From assembly GCF_009914755.1 (NCBI RefSeq), contig NC_060939.1: a stretch of 64,000 nt of DNA. One strand, written 5' to 3'. Below the pieces are notes generated by a model, which saw only the letters and a list, made by a program, of their open reading frames with translations, had not been told where the DNA came from and did no database searches. A program made the position numbers and the translations under genes. The stretch is from the human T2T-CHM13v2.0 reference genome, Homo sapiens. Of this stretch, positions 60,323-64,000 are shown piece by piece (within the stretch, counting starts at the first letter, position 1; each line of letters begins with the position of its first letter).

Positions 60323-63102
60323 AAGGAAAGGCACTGACCCCAACCCACACACTCAACAGTTTTTGAATCCAGATTTTCTGGCAATGATATAAAATGTCTT
60401 TTGATCCAATCACTCGGGAAGGTCAAGAGAAAACCCTGCATTTTTATTGGGAAGAATAGCCTCGAAGCAGGAGCATCGTTTAGAACCTGTCTTGTGCATC
60501 TTCAGTAAACATTTGAGTAATAAATCACTGTTGCACTTGAAGGAAGGTCTCCAGGTTCTGGTGGTAGGTGTGGGGTTGGCAAGAGTGCAGCTTTAAGGTG
60601 TGAGCTCCGGGATTTCTCACTGAGGATAAGTTCATCTTTCTACCAGTTCTGCACAGTTGAGTCTAAGCACAGGTGGTGGTGGGGAGGTAAACATGGAGAT
60701 GACCAAGGAAACACACTCTGACCCATCCCTGATTGCAAAATGAAAGGGTGTTGGATCCAGAATGTGGTTGGTACTTGATAGGTGCACTGTCCCTGACAAA
60801 AACGGGGCAGAGGGGTGACCTACACACTCCTATTTCTCATCTCCAGTTTGTTCCTTATCAACTACCACTTTCTCTTCCTGCCTCTCCTGAGTCTTGAAGT
60901 TTGTAAAGTCTGGTCTGGCTTACTCCTCATAGGTATCCAGCATTTAGTTTTGAAACATATCAACACTTGTACAAATGGCAGTTAGGGTGACTGTTATGAA
61001 AAGGAAATCTAATACACTATTCCTCCACTTGAAATCCTCCATGTCTCCCCATTCCCTGAGGCACATGATTGAAGCCCGAAGAACGCATGCCCCACCTGCT
61101 CCCTGCCCATTGGTCCAGCTGCCACGCAGACAAGGTCTGGCACCAGATCCATAGTCAGCAGTGCTGGCCCTGCAGCCTCTGCTAACGGGGCTCACCAGCC
61201 TGCAGCCTCGGCTCCTCCATACTCACCTGCCCACCACTACTAGCTCAGCCTACAACCTTAGCCAACTCCTTAGCCTCCAGGAAGACCTCCAGGTGGTTCC
61301 TCAACTTAGGTGTCTCTTCTAACCTTAATCCTGGAAGTTGACTTGCTGGTTGCATTATGATTCCTAAGCCCCAGCTGTGGAGGGAGAGTCCCTGGAAGAT
61401 GGGACAATGTCTTTGCCCCTGAACTTCCATCCCTGGCATAGTGCCAGCTTTTTCATGGCATTCAGTAAGCACTGCATGTGAAATGCATTGTGCCAAGTTA
61501 TTTTGCCTCGTTTAACTCTTGAAAAGCAGGCTTCTGTGCAGACCAGGCTCAAATCCATGCTTCCAGGTGCCCTGTGCGGTGCCACCACAGTGTAGCACAC
61601 AGACCTGCACGTGCCTACATGGCATTGATTCCAGGCCTTGGTTTCCTCTTTGGGAAGATAAAGTAACTGTACTAAATGCAGAGAGAAATTAGTTAACTTT
61701 ATCACTTGCTTTTAGAATGATTCTTGAAATATGAAGAAAAAATATAAATTTCTGGCTTATTTTGGCTTTTCTTTTCCTAGAGTAACTGAATTTTTAAAAA
61801 TCAAGCAATGCAGGAAGGAATAAAAACAAATTCAGGTTTACATATATGAGACTGGCAGCACAATACAACTAACCTCTGCTAGTTGGTGACTAACAGTTGG
61901 AAATCCATCCTGGAAGTTCCCAAGCACATCAGTGTTGCAGAGGACCTTGAAAGCATAGCAAATGGGTGAGCACACATTATTAAACTTTTATTAGGTTGTC
62001 AGCCTTGTGTATCTCTTTCAAAAACGTGTAGCTCATAAAAACATTCTTCACTTATCTTCAGCTGATTTGATGCAATTTTCTTCAATGGTGCTTAGTTATA
62101 TTTAATCCCTGTGCCATACTTATGTCCAAAAAAATGGGAAATAATGCAAAGCAGGCCATATTCTAAAATGAAAAGCATTAAATTAAGGTTCTAGGTTCCC
62201 TCAAAAAGAGCAAAGCAGAGTGGACCTCACCTTATATAGCATCTATCTCTAAACTTTGCATTTTATTTTGAAACTCTGCAAAGCAATAAAAAACTCATTA
62301 ACTTTTATAGCCAGTCAGAAAGGTAGTAATAGCATCTGTAGCAATGGAGATGTAATTAGGCTTTTATTTAAATGTGGCAGGGAGTTTGTTCTCATTATAC
62401 GAAATAAATGAACAACCACAAATCACCAGTGGATTCATGCTCCCTATGGTGCTGGTGCAAGTGGTCCAGGAACTTGCCCAGTGCTGCTTCCTTATGTGGC
62501 AACAGAGCCTGTGAGCCCCAGAGCCAGGGCTGGATGGAAACCAGCTTTCTGAAGGTTGAATAGTCACAGCAATTATATTAACGATTATAATCATGACAGA
62601 AAAGATTCTCCGTCCACATTGTTGTGTTAAAACAGAAAAAGAAAAAAAAAGTGTTGCAGATCATCAATGCAATTCTTAACTTGGTCATAGAAAAACACCG
62701 AATTTGATCATCCTCTTGTCTCTGCTGTAGCTAAGCTCCTTTCCTGGCCTCCAATTCCTGTTTCCTTCCCAATACAGCAACTTCCTTCTATCTGTATTAT
62801 CTCCTTGCCCATTTAGATAGCCTCAGAAAAACATGGGGAAGAACCAATTTGAAAGGTCTCAGTGGGTTTCATCAGGTTCCTAACAGATAATAAATGCTGA
62901 GCTAAGGACCCTAGGTTCTTCCAAAAAATGATGATATTAAAGCTCTACATCCTCTTTTTGAAAGTATGTAAAACTACTTTAGTGGTTTTGATTCATTTTA
63001 ATCTTATGTCAGCTACATTATTATGTAAGGGAAATTCAAAGATGAGGATAGAAATTTACTCAGAAAAAGTATAAATTGATTTCTGTTTAAAGATGATTTT
63101 CC

Positions 63103-63401
63103 GGCCGGGCGCGGTGGCTCACGCCTGTAATCCCAGCACTTTGGGAGGCCGAGGCGGGCGGATCACGAGGTCAGGAGATCGAGACCATCCTGGCTAACAC
63201 GGTGAAACCCCGTCTCTACTAAAAATACAAAAAATTAGCCGGGCGAGGTGGCAGGCGCCTGTAGTCCCAGCTACTTGGGAGGCTGAGGCAGGAGAATGGC
63301 GTGAACCCCAGGGGGCGGAGACTGCAGTGAGCCGAGATTGCGCCACTGCACTCCAGCCTGGGCGACAGCGAGACTCTGTTTCAAAAAAAAAAAAAAAAAA
63401 A
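63103..63401 (+). mobile_element. Young AluY (AluYe-like), TSD aaagatgattttcc
   Basis: 'gaaccccagggggcggag' and 'ggcgacagcgagac' variants; TSD at 63089-63102 and 63402-63415. Confidence 0.9.
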
Positions 63402-63441
63402 AAAGATGATTTTCCTTAATCTCATCTCTCAAAACCCACAA

Positions 63442-63612
63442 ATATATATGTATTACTAGGTATGTGTGTGTATATATATATATATAAAATATATATATAT
63501 GCACACATGTGCATATATATTTTTTGTTGTTGATTTGTTTGTGTATATGTATATGAATGTATACACATATGTGTATATACACACATATTTATACACTCAT
63601 GTATATGCACAC
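63442..63612. repeat. Compound (TA)/(TG)/(CA) microsatellite
   Basis: Directly visible. Confidence 0.9.
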
Positions 63613-64000
63613 AAATCAACAATAAAAAATAGAGGGCAAAAAATCCAATTTATATATAACAAGAAAATGGCTATATTCTCAAAACATCTTGACTGGAGCT
63701 CGAGAGCCAATAAAAAGTTGATCTCTGCCACCTGAGACCTTGGGCCAGGATACACGTGCTCTTAAAAGGGCAGGTTCCGTGTTCACTTGTATGTTCCGGC
63801 CCCAGCTGCTTTCCCTGATGGAAGAGGGCCAGAGGCACACAGCGGGAAAGTGGAGAAGCTGGAAGGGCTTAAGAGTCTAAGTCTGGGGAAGGTGAAGGAG
63901 TGTCCCCAGGGCGAAGAAAGAGCAGGTTTGTTGGAGGGCACTCAAGAACACACCCACGTGAAAGCCGTAGATAGGCTTTCCCTATCCCGCATCCCGCCAC

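Noticed and set aside
63700-64000. Rising GC at the window end as a possible promoter edge
   Set aside because: Too little sequence and too few CpGs to support a call.

Overview
This is primate (human-like) genomic DNA, intergenic or deep intronic, and mostly interspersed repeats. I find no supportable host protein-coding exon: every recognisable ORF in the track is LINE-1 or Alu derived. Main contents: (1) a full-length but inactivated L1PA2-type LINE-1 on the minus strand (9632-15673) with an exact 14-bp target-site duplication (TSD); (2) a U6 snRNA/L1 chimeric retrocopy (23234-23783) with a 13-bp TSD; (3) a twin-primed, 5'-inverted older L1 (about 2905-4791); (4) about 20 Alus, several MaLR/ERV LTRs and Tigger/MER DNA-transposon fossils; (5) a GC-richer unique island (about 30.4-31.7 kb) with a near-consensus CTCF motif. 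The most unusual structures are an AluJ split by a multi-template patchwork insertion (45.1-45.6 kb), a roughly 35-nt polyadenylated micro-retroinsertion of unknown origin (19902-19936), and three cases of sequential insertion at the same L1 endonuclease site with the same polarity. I do not see evidence of a wholly new biological system. Subfamily calls are made by eye from remembered consensus features and need RepeatMasker/Dfam confirmation.
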